Source: Dimorphilus gyrociliatus
Lineage: Eukaryota; Animalia; Annelida
Assembly: GCA_904063045.1 (NCBI GenBank)
Contig: CAJFCJ010000053.1
Span: forward strand, 30,885 to 94,884
Direction of reading: 5' to 3'
Length of the DNA: 64,000 nucleotides
Shown: positions 33,933 to 46,397 of the stretch, in pieces
Layout: every line of letters starts with the position of its first letter
Position numbering within the stretch: the stretch's first letter is position 1
Notes under the pieces: model-generated
Seen by the model: only the letters and a program-made list of their open reading frames with translations
What the model was told of the DNA's origin: nothing
The model's database searches: none
Made by a program: the position numbers and the translations under genes

Positions 33933-36260
33933 TTAGTTTTGGGTTTTCAGGAGAGTTATCTGTGCTCTCACTTGGGTAGCAATTTCTTCTCTTTGTTTTC
34001 TTCTTCCAATAATATAGTTGAAAATGATGATACATACCATTGACACTACAATACTCAAACAAATATTTCGTATGATAACATAAAGTGTTTTCCCAGGTTT
34101 ATAGTACCAACTATGGAAAAACTTTTTAATTCCAGATAAATTGGGTACAATGCCATTTTTCTCTGCAACAGTGACCATGTTATCATACCTTGCCTGCTTC
34201 TGTTCCAGTGAACTGATAACTTGCTTAATTTTTGAGTGCTGGTATGCAATATCCTTCTTTACCCCATGGTGGAGTAGATCAGCTAATCTGGCAATTTCAA
34301 TTTTTGGTTCAGAAAGGTGATTGTGGATATGTAACTGCATGGATTTTGCAGACACAGTGTGAAATCTGCATCCTCTTTCTGAATAATACACATACGTTTT
34401 GTCTTTCATTGGTTGGTTTCTTATAGGATTTAATGGGTTGTGAGTTGTTTTGTAGAATAACTTGTTAGACTTACACTCATTATAGGTAATCTCTTCAGGA
34501 TTGACTTGCTGTAAAACATGAGTAACTGGTTCTACTTGGAAAAGCAGGTTGTTCATGGTGACAAGTAAAAATTGAGAACATTTGTTATTCTTTTTTATCA
34601 TGCTTAAGTCACAAACTACTTCTGTTGAGGCTATTGGTGAACATTGTTTAATTATAGCTAATTCTCCCATCTGACTACTGTGCATTCCCAACTCATTTGT
34701 TAACACTGTGGTCAATTGAGGATCCAAATTTGCTAGTAATGCCATCATTCTGCTTCTTTGAACAAATTGATTGCAGAGAAGACTTGACAGCTGTTGGGTA
34801 AACTTTTTTAAATTCTTAAAATTTGAATCAATACCATGTAGTAAGGTAGATGTTTGGGCAGCTTCTCTCATTTCCAATGGGAATTTGTGGTATGGGTTTT
34901 TACTTATCTTATGTTTCAGTTTTGCTTCCTTCTTCATCTGCTTTTTAGCCATTCTCATGTGTAGAGTAAAATAAATTCCTTCATAGGTAATCTTAAATTC
35001 TCTGGCTGGTGGTCCTTTATACCATATGCCCAATGTTGGTAATACCTTCTTTTTGATTCTTTTCTCACTGTATACATATTTTGAAATCGTGACAGATTGT
35101 CTTGTTGCCCTTGTCCAATTGACTGCTTGCAGCATTTCTTGGATATAATAGTTATCCAGCTCCCAGTAAGATGGACTAATGGGTTGTTGTAGATGATATA
35201 TCACAACTTCCTTGAGTGTGCCTTTATTTCTCATTAGTTTATACTTTGTGTTTGTTTCTCTGTACCATTGGTTAAGACTTGGTAAGGGGTTGTTTCGCTT
35301 GTATAGTATAATTTGTTCTTTAACTTTATTGGGATAGTTTAATAGTCGTTTTTCTTCATTTTTGCCAATCTTCTGATATTGTAGCAAATTGTATAGGTGT
35401 TCCTTGCTTGTTTCCTGTATTAAACTCTGTTCCTCCAGTGGTACTAGTACTTTTGTTCCAGGACCACCAATTCCATCAATAAACTTATCTTGATAAGGAT
35501 GTCCAGAATAGAATACCCTGGACAAGAATAGTGACCAGCAAATTTGATACAACTAATTCTGTTGCTAATTTTTATCCATGGTGATTGTTGCCCAAGTGTG
35601 TAATTATTCTTGAGGTTCCTAAAGACAATAATTGCCTCTCTGTTTCACAATAGGACTGCCCTGGTAAACAATCTTCCAGGTAGTCCAGATTAGTTGTAAT
35701 TTTCATATTAGGAGGTTGCCAATATGCTTTGCCAAACTGGATAATTGTGGTGTATTCCAGCACCTTGGTATTGTTGGCCATGTGTAGGCAGCAGGAAACT
35801 GATCTTGGTGGATCCAAGTGTTTTTTTCACCATTAAAGGTTTTCCTTGAAAAGATCGTTTGTCTTTTATCATCTGTCTGCATTGATCATGAGTTACTTTG
35901 ATAACTGAGTTAACAATCCTCCTCTTCTTTGCTCCAAAGAAATAGTAAGTGTAAAAATTAGTTCTTAGATACACTTGACATTTTACTGCTCTTGTTTCAA
36001 TTTCTTCAAGTTCAATTCATAGATATCAGCTGTAATTGTCTTGGTTTCTTGTGATTCTATATTACAAGTTGGCTCATCTGCTAGATCAAATGCCTGGCTT
36101 GGTAGTTGGTTAGAACAAAAGTATAACGGTGGTTTAAATGTTAAGGTAATGTTTGCACTTGTAACATGGGCACCTTGGTAGGATGGTTTTGGGACTGTTA
36201 TTGAGTGGATGCATGCAGCACAGATCACCATTACAGTCATCACTAGTGNTTCATGTTTAG
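33933..36260 (-). pseudogene. Envelope-like glycoprotein (class III-like: chuvirus G / rhabdovirus G / gB type), several 1-nt frameshifts
   Basis: Hydrophobic leader; AVKC..YTYYFFG..C..M; LLCNQF..LDPQL..G..S.QMGELAIIKQCSPI; C-terminal TM segment and basic tail. The fold assignment is from remembered motif patterns. Confidence 0.7.
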
Positions 36261-36879
36261 CTCTTCCTGTGTTGGCTATAGTTGAATGGTTGAAAGTTTT
36301 GTGTTGTTGTTCCACTCTGATAGTTATTCCATCTTCTAACTCTATATATTGTGGTTCCACTTCTTGTTGGGAATCTAATTGTTCAGAGATGATTTTAGTC
36401 TCATCTAAAAATATGACTGACTCATTGTCTGTGTCACTTGTATTTTCTTTCTCATCTTGGGATGAATCTACCACTATGAGGGACTCATTATCCGAATGGG
36501 TTATGTCAATAATTTCACCTTCAATAATTATTGACTCATTATCCGAATGGGTTATATCAATAATTTCGCTTTCAATAATTATTGACTCATCGTCTGAACT
36601 AGATATTTCATCTTCTCTATCAGAGATAATGTTTGCCTCTGAATCTGTATTTTGATCCAGTTCATTATTTGTTTCTGTGTCATCACTTTCAGATGAGCTT
36701 GAAGGTTCATTGAGACTGTAATTACTGTCTGTTTTGAAAGTATTGCTTGTGTCATAACCAGTATCAGAATTAGTAACTTCCATCTCTGAGTCATCACTAT
36801 CTGAACTTTCTGATGAAGAGTCATGCTGTCCCATCATGGCTATAGTGACTTTGTTTAGTTGAGGTTGCCTTATTCTTTC

Positions 36880-37242
36880 AGCCAGGTTCCCTTTCCTTCT
36901 ATCAAATTTGAGAGAACACTGTTTAGCTTCAAAATTGAGGTTTGCTCCCACAGTTTGTAGGAAATCACAACCAAGTATTATTGCTATGTCTAGGTTTTCC
37001 ATAACTATAAATTCTTGTTCCATACTTTCTCCAGCAAATTGGATATTCAGCTTTACGCTTCCTTTTTGCTTTAAAGCTTTCCCATCAGCTGAAGTTATAA
37101 TTGGTAATCCAATTGTTTCTTTATCCATAATTGTAACATCCATTAACTTGATTTCTTTTTCAGTAATAAAGGATCTCAATGCTCCTGTGTCACACAGGGC
37201 AATGACTTCTTGCCTTTTTGATTCTTCAAACGGAATTGGAAG
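36880..37242 (-). CDS. Second retroviral-type aspartic protease domain, downstream of integrase
   Basis: The frame opens at 37242: LPIPFEESKRQEVIALCDTGALRSFI...IITSADG...IILGCDFL; DTG at 37183-37191. Confidence 0.88.
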
Positions 37243-38663
37243 TCATTTCTTCCTTCTACCTGAGAAAGATATTGGAGGTGTGTTATTTCCTTCTCCACAA
37301 GGTGAAAGATTGTTGTTGCTTCTTTCCCTGTTTCCAACTTATTAGATTCATTGGCTAGTCTTAATCTGCTACCATGTACCAACTTGCATGTATTATCATC
37401 CATTTGTATTTCATATATCCACTTTTGATGATTGACTTTTGTTATTCGGTATGGGCCTAACCATTTTAAAGAAGGGATTTTTGTTATTGCAATTCTTGCA
37501 GCATCATTTCTTAAGAATACTTCATCATCAACCTCAAAATATTTTGGAAGATTGAGATTTCTATTCTTTCTTTCCCTATATTGTTCTTTTGCCATGATGG
37601 ATTTACAGAAGGCTGTAGCTCTTAACTGTACTAATTGCTGCTGATGATTGAATACAAATAGTACATTTGTTTCAGGAGAGGTAGTATGCATTGTTACATC
37701 AATCAGTGTTCTTGTGCTGGTGCCAAAAAGAAGTTCCTGGGGTGGTAGTCTTGTACTTCCTACAGGTGATTGATTCAAAAATGCTTGAATCAAGGGTAGG
37801 TTTGCAACCCAGTTATGCTGATTTTCTTCCACCACTAATTTATTGATTTCCTTCCTCACTTCTCTATTTCTTCGTTCAACTAGTCCATTGCTCTGGCTTC
37901 TATAAGCTGTTGTTTGGATTTTCTCAATACCTAATACCTTCATAAACTCTTTAAAAGCTTTACCAACAAAGTTTCTTCCTTGATCTGTCAACATTTGTTT
38001 TGGAATTCCAAAAATGGGAAAAAATCTGTTGAAAAGAAGGTTTGCAATTTCTTTACTGGTTTGCTGTTTGAGTGCATATAAAACTGTGTATCTACTGAAA
38101 TGATCCACTATCACAAGTATGAATCTGTATGACTTAACCATGGGTAAGGGTCCCATTATATCCATGGCTACCAACTCCATTGGTGATGCAGGGTGAAAGG
38201 TTTCTACCAAAGGGTATACTCTACTCCTACCATTCATTTGTTCACACAAAGTGCAATCCTTTATTGAATTCTCAATCATAATCTTTAATTTTGGGTGCCA
38301 AAAGGTCTTTGTAATTATTTGTAATGTCATTCTGGGTCCATGGTGATTGTGAATTTTATTTTTATGGAATTTAGGGAGCAGAGTTAGCATCAAATGGTCA
38401 GGTAAAACCAGAATGTTTCTTTCTTCAAGGATAATCCAGATCATTTCCTTGTGAACAAACATCTCCATTATGAAAGGTGTAAAAGTTCCAAAATAAGGAA
38501 TAGGTAGCTGACCATCCAATGTTAAATATTCTTTAATTGATTTTAAATTCACATCTTTTTCTTGCTCTGACTGTAAGTCAACAGAAGACAAATCAATTTT
38601 CTCTTCACTGTTATCACTGGTAGCTACAAAAGTTAACTCTGGTGTATGTTCATACTGTTCCAT
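37176..38663 (-). CDS. Integrase (HHCC, DDE, GPY/F)
   Basis: HNHHG..CTLC; AMDIMGPLP; LTDQGRNF; NGLVERRNR; WLGPYRI. Confidence 0.95.
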   Translation of the reverse strand: MEQYEHTPELTFVATSDNSEEKIDLSSVDLQSEQEKDVNLKSIKEYLTLDGQLPIPYFGTFTPFIMEMFVHKEMIWIILEERNILVLPDHLMLTLLPKFHKNKIHNHHGPRMTLQIITKTFWHPKLKIMIENSIKDCTLCEQMNGRSRVYPLVETFHPASPMELVAMDIMGPLPMVKSYRFILVIVDHFSRYTVLYALKQQTSKEIANLLFNRFFPIFGIPKQMLTDQGRNFVGKAFKEFMKVLGIEKIQTTAYRSQSNGLVERRNREVRKEINKLVVEENQHNWVANLPLIQAFLNQSPVGSTRLPPQELLFGTSTRTLIDVTMHTTSPETNVLFVFNHQQQLVQLRATAFCKSIMAKEQYRERKNRNLNLPKYFEVDDEVFLRNDAARIAITKIPSLKWLGPYRITKVNHQKWIYEIQMDDNTCKLVHGSRLRLANESNKLETGKEATTIFHLVEKEITHLQYLSQVEGRNDFQFRLKNQKGKKSLPCVTQEH

Positions 38664-41600
38664 TTTAACTGAAATAGAGGGAGAATTCTCCTTTTTGATC
38701 TTCCATGAATTAGCTCTTCAAATGTTACTTTCCTTGGGGGTGTATATTCTTCTAATCTTGTTAATGCATCTGCTCTATTTTTTCGTCCTGTCACATAGTT
38801 AATTGTAAATTTTAAATCCATTAAAGCCATGACCCATTTTGCTGTGCTGACATTCAATTTGTTTTGCTTAAATGTTTGTACTAGACTCTGATGGTCAGTA
38901 TATAAAAAGAATGGCTTGTCTTGAAGGTAATGTAAAAATTTCTTTACAACCCAGTAAACACCAAATGCTTCCTTTTGATAGGCTGCATATTTCATTTGAT
39001 TATTGTTGAATTGTTTTGAAGCATAGGCAATGGGTTTCATTGTTTTCTTCCCATTCTCATCTACATAAACTTGTTCAAGAACTCCTCCTACAGCTACATT
39101 CGATGCATCTGTTGTTAAGTGAAAATCTTTAGCAAAATCAGGTAGTTGTAATACAGGAGGGTTAACTACTGCATCTCTCAACTTGAAAAATGATTGCTTG
39201 GCTTCCTCAGTCCATTGCAATTTATCCTTTTTCCCATGTAGTTTCATTAACATATACAGAGGTTTAGCTACTCTTGCAAAATCTTGTATAAATTTTCTGT
39301 AATAGCCACAAAATGCAACAAAGCTTAGTAGTGAATTTGCAAACACTGGTGGCTGTAAATTATATAATTTATCTGTCTTGGACTTATCTGTTTCAATCCC
39401 CTTTTCTGATACAATGTGTCCCAAGAATTGAACTTGTTCTTTCAAAAACACACATTTACTTAGTTTAATCTTAAAATTGTACTTTTGAATCTGTTGAAGA
39501 ATGGTCTCCAATGCTTCCCAATGTTGGTCCAGCGACTTGGTAAATATTATTATGTCATCAAGGTAGTTTAGGCACAAATGCTTTACATCCTTTAGCACAA
39601 ATGAATTCATTACATAACTAAAATGAGGAGGGGCATTTGTTAATCCAAAAGGCATCTTAATAAATTCAAACAAGCCAAAAGGTGTAAAAAATGCTGTTTT
39701 AGACCTATCTTCTTTCTTGATGTTAATGTGGTGGTATGCACTTGTCAAATCCATTGTAGAAAAGAATTTATTTCCTCCTCCCAAATGGTCAAAAAGATCA
39801 TCTTGATTTGGCAGTGGATACTTGTTTTTAACTGTCATTTTGTTTAGTTTTCTATAATCTACACACATTTGTAGACTACCCTCCTTCTTTCTTACAAAAA
39901 CAATTGGTGAAGCCCAATTGCTTTTGCTTGGTTGAATAACTTTGCTTTTCACCAATTCAGCTATCTGTTGCTTACATTCTTCTTGTTTTGGAGGAGACAT
40001 TCTATATGGCCTTTGTCTATATGGTGTTGAACCTGGTTCAAGAGTAATTTCCAAGGGTGGTACCTCTGGATTGCCAATATCAAATCTGTCTTCTGCAATA
40101 GTTTCTTTATATTTCGCCAGAATTTGGGTAACTTTGTCCTTCATCTCAGCATTTTCTTGTTCAATTGTTGTCTGAAGGGTATGTATTTGACTCTCATTCT
40201 TTTTCATAATAAGAGGAACTGGGTAAAATCCTTTGAAAGATAAGTGTTGTGTTCCAATAGGGTAATTCTTTTCTGTACCTGGCTGGAGTATAATCTGTCT
40301 CTTGCCAAAGTCAAGGGTAGCTCCATTTTGTTGTAGAAAGTCACACCCAATAATACATTGTTGTGTAATGATTTTGTTGATCAGAAAGCGTTGTTTAATA
40401 ATCTTTCCATTAAAATAAAGTCTGAGAATGATTTCTCCACATATCTCTATGCTATTTCCTGAAGCATCTCTAGCATTTTTCACAGTTTGTTCTGGGAAGG
40501 ATGCTTTTCCCTGAACTTGTCTTAATACCTTTTTTGAAATGAAAGATCTGTCACTACCAGAGTCTATCAAGGCATCAAACTTAAAACCAGTATTAGTTTC
40601 AAATTGTCCAATAAATGTTGAAGCATTTCGCTCAGATTGTTTGCTTTGTAACAGCTGACAAGTGGATTTGTCACTATCTGAAAAACAGAGAATATCTTGA
40701 ACTTCATCATTTTCTGACATGCTTTCATTGTCTAATGTTTCTAATTTTTGTAGCTTAGGTTCCTCTTTCAGTATCATCTTTGCTGGTTGATTTTTCTTAT
40801 AATACCTATTTGTTGTAGTTGGTGCATACTTTTGGACTTTTTGGCTTGAAAACTTTTCTTTAGTAGCATTTTTGTTGTCAGGTACATGCTTTCTATTCCA
40901 AAAATTTGGGGTTTCTGTAGAAGCATCTTTTCTGATTACCTGGGTCTTTTTGGTCTCTTTTCTTTGTTGAGTTTCCAATTTTGACACCATTGTGATTGGT
41001 TTTCTTTGAGTTAGTTTTAATGAAGTTTCTGCTTGCTTAGCAGCCTCATATAGTTCTGCCAATGTTTGACATTTAGGATGTAAGGTGTACACTAAATGTA
41101 GAATATCCTGTTGTAATCCTCTTTGTAAAACTTCCATCAGTTTTATTTCTTTCATAGTTGCAAGCAATTGTGGTTCCATTGGTCTAGGTGGAGAAAACCT
41201 CTTTATCAATTTCTTTGCTCTATTAACAAACTGAACCACACTTTCGCCATTCATTTGCTTTAAGTTAAGCAATTTCTCTTGATACTCCAAAGGATCCAGA
41301 TCAAATTCGTCATGGAGGGCTTTCCATATTTCCTCCACAGTAGGCTCTCCATCCAGAGCCAACACCAAATCCTTTGTAGGACCAGTTAAATAATCTAAAA
41401 GATTTGCTTTCACAACATCTTCTCCTATCCAACCATAAGCATAACATGCCTGATTAAAGTCTTCTTTGAATTTTGAACACTCCTTGCTTCCATCATACAA
41501 CTTGAGAATAGTTCTTTGAGGGCAGTCCCAAGCAGCCCTTAATGCTTGAATTACTGTTGTGATATCAACATTTGGGTTCTGTGCTGGGTGATGTGTTCCA

Positions 41601-41791
41601 CCTCCATGATCTGTTGGAATTGTGATTCGATTTCTTTTCATTTCACTCACCAATCTATCATAGTCTTCAATTAGTCTTTGTTGCCTTTCTGACATTCCTG
41701 CTGGCTAAATTGTAATTGTTGGAGTTGCTGGGGTTGAAGGGTTAGAGTCTGTAACTGCCCCAGTGGCATTTCCATTTTCTCCTTCTGCCAT
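38633..41791 (-). CDS. Gag-protease-RT-RNase H; probable start 41791 with an in-frame TAG at 41705-41707
   Basis: LIDSGS; CVDYRKLN; MPFGLTNAP; YLDD; TDAS..E..TDH. The upstream MAEGE...ITI* peptide is in frame with MSERQ at 41695. Confidence 0.95.
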
Positions 41792-41829
41792 ATTTACTTT
41801 CTCAAAACTTTTGAATAAACCAAAGGAAT

Positions 41830-41847
41830 ATCCTGTCGACTGCTCCA
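41830..41847 (-). promoter_or_regulatory. Primer binding site, tRNA-Ser-like
   Basis: TGGAGCAGTCGACAGGAT lies 4 nt inside the 5' LTR and resembles the complement of tRNA-Ser 3' ends, with about 2 mismatches. Confidence 0.75.
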
Positions 41848-41989
41848 AATTTGTACTGCTCTTGCTGGCAAAATCTATGCATTTGCAAGTTATAACAATA
41901 CTGGTTCTACTCGAACCTTTAAACAAATGTTTAAATTAAAATGGTTTATTCGCAATAATAATACTTCAGCAAGTTACAATATAAGAGTT

Positions 41990-42925
41990 TGTACTTTGTT
42001 GTATTGTAATTGTAGGAATTTCTGGTTCGTCACAACTGTAATTGTCCTTTCCAATCATTTACCAACTTGGCAAAGTACTGGTCCAAATAGAACCTTTAAA
42101 GTTCGTCCACAAATAGTCTAACAAAGGCAATTTCTGTAGAAATTAGTTAACAAAACACCAGTATTTCGTCCAAAGAATATGTATTGAGTAAAATGAGCTT
42201 CTAGTTCTAAACAAGCTAGTTTAAACAACTAGCTGATGGTTAGAAAACTGAACTATCAACTGTTAATTTCGTAGGGTTTAATATACTCTTTTAAGGGTTG
42301 ATAGTTCACAAATTTCAATGTTCACAAAAACAAAAGTAACATTTGAAGACAAAGAAAAGTTGTAAATATGGTCATGTTTTTTTTGTTTTCCTCTTCTAAA
42401 TAATAGTTGAATTTCGAAGGTTGGAGAGTTGCATAAGATGTAACAATTTTAGTAGGACAAGTCCAACAATCAAGAAAACATGTAGATTGTATATTTGACC
42501 GTTTTTATATTCTACCTTAATAATGATATTGAATTGATTGAGTTAGTAAATTTAGCATGAGCATATGCAGAGGAAGTATATCTGATTAATGCATGTTAAA
42601 AAGAACAGTATTGTGTATACAATACTGTTGAATAGTGAATATAATCTAAACTTAGAATTTAAGCATAATTGATAATTAATTGAACTAGTTTTAGTTCGAA
42701 ATCATAAATTTATGGATTAATAAATTGTAATATTAATGCTAGGTTGCAAATAGCAAATATTCTTTATATAATTTAATAGGCTTTATTGCTGCATAATGTG
42801 CATGCACTGCCCTATGCGAAACTAGGTCACTACTGCTTATCTTTATCAGTGCTATCTGCATAGTACAATACTGGTTCAATACTACTTCTCTATTGTAGAC
42901 TATAGCTGACGAATGTATGTGTACA
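41990..42925 (+). mobile_element. Solo LTR, family B, nested in the 5' LTR
   Basis: TGTAC...GTACA termini, 5-bp TSD GAGTT; homologous to 27765-28701. Confidence 0.95.
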
Positions 42926-43427
42926 GAGTTCGATAGCAGAGTAGATAGTTCGTAAAGGCAGGTTGCCAAATTACCAAACTGTCTTCCAATGTTGAGGAGT
43001 AGATGGATGGTTCCAGTGGAGGTTGTTTCCGGATGATTTTCCCAGGTCCTTGGGTCGAGATGGAAGCTGCATGCCAAATGAGAATAGTGAGGATTTATAT
43101 ACTTTGAGGTTTGTCTCTGACATCCAGTCATCACTTTACAGTTGCCAAAATGTATAGTTCATATTTATCTTTAGTAACAGGATGTTACAAGGTTGAACAT
43201 TTAAGAAGGTTAATTGAATTATAACTTGGCCACACCCTAGGCAAGTTAATTAAATTATAACTTGGCCAAACCTTTATTGGTAATTAAAGATGAGCCTTCA
43301 AGCTGAGTAATCAGACTTATGTTTGGCCAATGTTATAGCATTTTCTTGCGTAGGTTTTAAGATGTACATGTATATGTTGCATAAAATAATAGAGTTCAAG
43401 CATGTAAAATATAACCAAAGTTGTACA

Positions 43428-43932
43428 CCAGTACCTATCCTAAGGTATAGTAAGCCTCTCAGAGATCAGTCTGGTGGCAATCTAACCAGCCACTTTTCCC
43501 CTCTCACTTGATAAAGGAGGAATACCTCCAAAATATTGTGAGTTTTAATCTGGTGACATTTTGTTAGTTGCTAAATACAGGTTCTCTTCACCCTTGTGGA
43601 GAATTTGTAAGTGGTTTTGTTGGAGATACAGTTACAGCTTAGGCTGGGGAATTGCTACTCAAGATAGCAACTCCTCAATAGCTACACCAACCCTTAGCCA
43701 AAGCTTGGTTATAAGTGTGTGTGCACTTTTGGGATTGCCAGTCTGTACTGATTGTGCTAATCCCTAACCCCAAGACCTAACCTAACCCTACAGCTTAGGC
43801 TGGGGAATTGCTACTCAAGATAGCAACTCCTCAATAGCTACACCAACCCTTAGCCAAAGCTTGGTTATAAGTGTGTGTGCACTTTTGGGATTGCCAGTCT
43901 GTACTGATTGTGCTAATCCCTAACCCCAAGAC
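43428..43932 (+). mobile_element. Two head-to-tail, 5'-shortened copies of element E
   Basis: 43428-43790 and 43791-43932 each end in CCCTAACCCCAAGACCTAACCTAACCC. Confidence 0.9.
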
Positions 43933-44892
43933 CTAACCTAACCCTAACCCGTAAAATAACAATAACAAAATTGTATGGGCAATTTATGTGGAAAAAAATT
44001 CCTTACAATTGCTTTCCAAAATATATTATATGACCTATCTATTTTCACAAAATGCCCACAAAAAAAGAAATTTCAAGGCAAGATTTTAGATTGAAAAGTG
44101 CTAAGGAAGTGGAAAAGAACAACTGATTTCTACATAAGATAGTTTTATCTGTACAACTTGCCATAATTTCAACATTTTTCTTATGTGTTTTCCTACAAAG
44201 ATGGCCATCTTTGAAGGCTATTCCACTATTGCCTTTGTACTATGGGAATTTATTTGGCCTTATCATAACCTTAAGAATGATAGGCATGTGTACAATTTGA
44301 TTCTTATATTGAAAATTATGGCATTGATAAAGAATCTCTCTTTCTTTCATCCAATTCATTGTAGTTTTTTGAATTTTGCTATAAATCAATATTTGATTTA
44401 CAGGTAGTAGATTTGCTTATAAGAATTATATAAATATTGTATAGGTATTTAGTAAGTTAGTATGAAAAAAAAAAACACTTTAAACAGTGACCTATATTTT
44501 TTCAGGGTATGGTAGTGTACAACTTTCATTCTACTTTATTCCTATACTATACTATCATCTATAACTTACTAAATATGTATGGAAGGGAATACATAAACAT
44601 TTTGGCCCAACACAGACCTTTGTCAGTCATATATATATGGTTTGGCAAAGTTATGGCTGATTAATTTGTCTAGGGTTTTAGCCTTACTTTGGTTGTTGTA
44701 ACTTTACAAACAGTACAATAAGAGTTTAGTATTCTCTAATTTAATCATGGTCAATGAAATAACAATGTATACAGAGATAATTCTCCAATCAGACTACTGT
44801 TCAATTTGAATCATGACAAAAATATTTATATAGGTCAAGGATAAAAAATAAAAAATTCTAAAGATAGAATCTGTTGAATAGACTTTTCACTT

Positions 44893-45558
44893 TGTACACA
44901 TACATTAGTCAGCTATATTCTACAATAGAGAAGTAGTATTGAACCAGTATTATACTATGCAGATAGCACTGATAAAGATAAGCAGTAGTGACCTAGTTTC
45001 GCATAGGGCAGTGCATACACATTATGCAGCAATAAAACCTATTAAATTATATAAAGAATATTTGCTATTTGCAACCTAGCATTAATATTACAATTTATTA
45101 ATCCATAAATTTATGATTTTGAACTAAAACTAGTTCAATTAATTATCAATTTTGCTTCAATTCTAAGTTTAGATTATATTGACTATTCAACAGTATTGTA
45201 TACACAATACTGTTCTTTTTAACATGCATTAATCAGATATACTTCCTCTGCATATGCTGATGCTAAATTTACTAACTCAATCAATTCAATATCATTATTA
45301 AGGTAGAATATAAAAATGGTCAAATATACAATCTACATGTTTTCTTGATTGTTGGACTTGTCCTACTAAAATTGTTAAATCTTATGCTGGTGTTTTGTTA
45401 ATTAATTTCTACCGAAATTGCCTTTGTTAGACTATTTGTGGACGAACTTTATAGGTTCTATTTGAACCAGTACTTTGGCAAGTTGGTAAATGATTGGAAA
45501 GGACGATTACAGTTGTGACAAACCAGAAATTCCTACAATTACAATACAACAAAGTACA
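44893..45558 (-). mobile_element. Family B LTR with internal deletion
   Basis: Reverse complement of both LTR-B ends with ~280 bp missing; no TSD found. Confidence 0.88.
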
Positions 45559-46397
45559 GTATTCATTTCAATCTGGGGTTTTAAATTCATTAAACTGATT
45601 ATTTACTCATAATTATTGAATATGTCTCCCAATCCTTTGGATAAAAGTTAACATCATTTGCTTTCATCTTTTCAACAATTAGTTCTCTTTGAGGATCAGT
45701 TAGCAGTACATTTAGTACTACTTATCTATTGTAGAATAGAGCTGACAAATGTATTGTTCCTATGTGTACAGAGAAAAGGAGTTTTTAACAAGATTGGTTC
45801 TCTTTTTAAAAAGAGTGTTTATTAACTATACATTCTCTTCAACTCTATGTCATGTGTAGGCTTATTCTCAGAGCCATAAGCTTTATACTCTGTACTTTGT
45901 TGTATTGTAATTGTTGGAATTTCTGCTTCTATTATAATATTATGTCCTTGGCATAACATACAATCTGTAGCACATTCAAAAAATTTCTTTATTATTGCGA
46001 ACAATAATAAGATCTGAGAATAAGCCTATACATGACATAGAACTCACTCTATGAGTAATGTCTATTTTAAAAACTAGAGGTCTTTTTGAATAGATAAATT
46101 GAAGAGAATGCATAGTCAATAATATATTTTTGGAAAAAACTGGTTTTGCTTGTCCATACAATTAAGACTCTTTTTAAAAAGTGAACCAATCAAAAGAAAA
46201 GAATTTCTCTAGGCTAAGAAAAAAATATAGAGTATTTATATATGGTTATATGCATATTAAGAACTACAGACAACAAAATGAGAATAAAGGGGAGAAACTC
46301 TTTGATTTTATTGGCAACTCTCTTTCTAGGTAATTTCCACACATTTTTTTGTTAAACAACAATAATTTTAAACCACTTTTCTTTCCTTTCTTTCAGT

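Larger units (their letters stand above)
33200..43427 (-). mobile_element. Ty3/gypsy LTR retrotransposon with envelope-like gene
   Basis: 3' LTR 33200-33821; 5' LTR 41852-43427 (interrupted); PPT; PBS; gag-PR-RT-RH-INT order. No TSD (GGTAA vs CCAGT). Confidence 0.95.

Noticed and set aside
37215-38696. Programmed -1 frameshifting at the two TCAAAAAGG sites
   Set aside because: The motif sits in different codon phases at the two sites, neither forms a canonical X XXY YYZ heptamer, and similar 1-nt losses occur inside env; error or decay is simpler.
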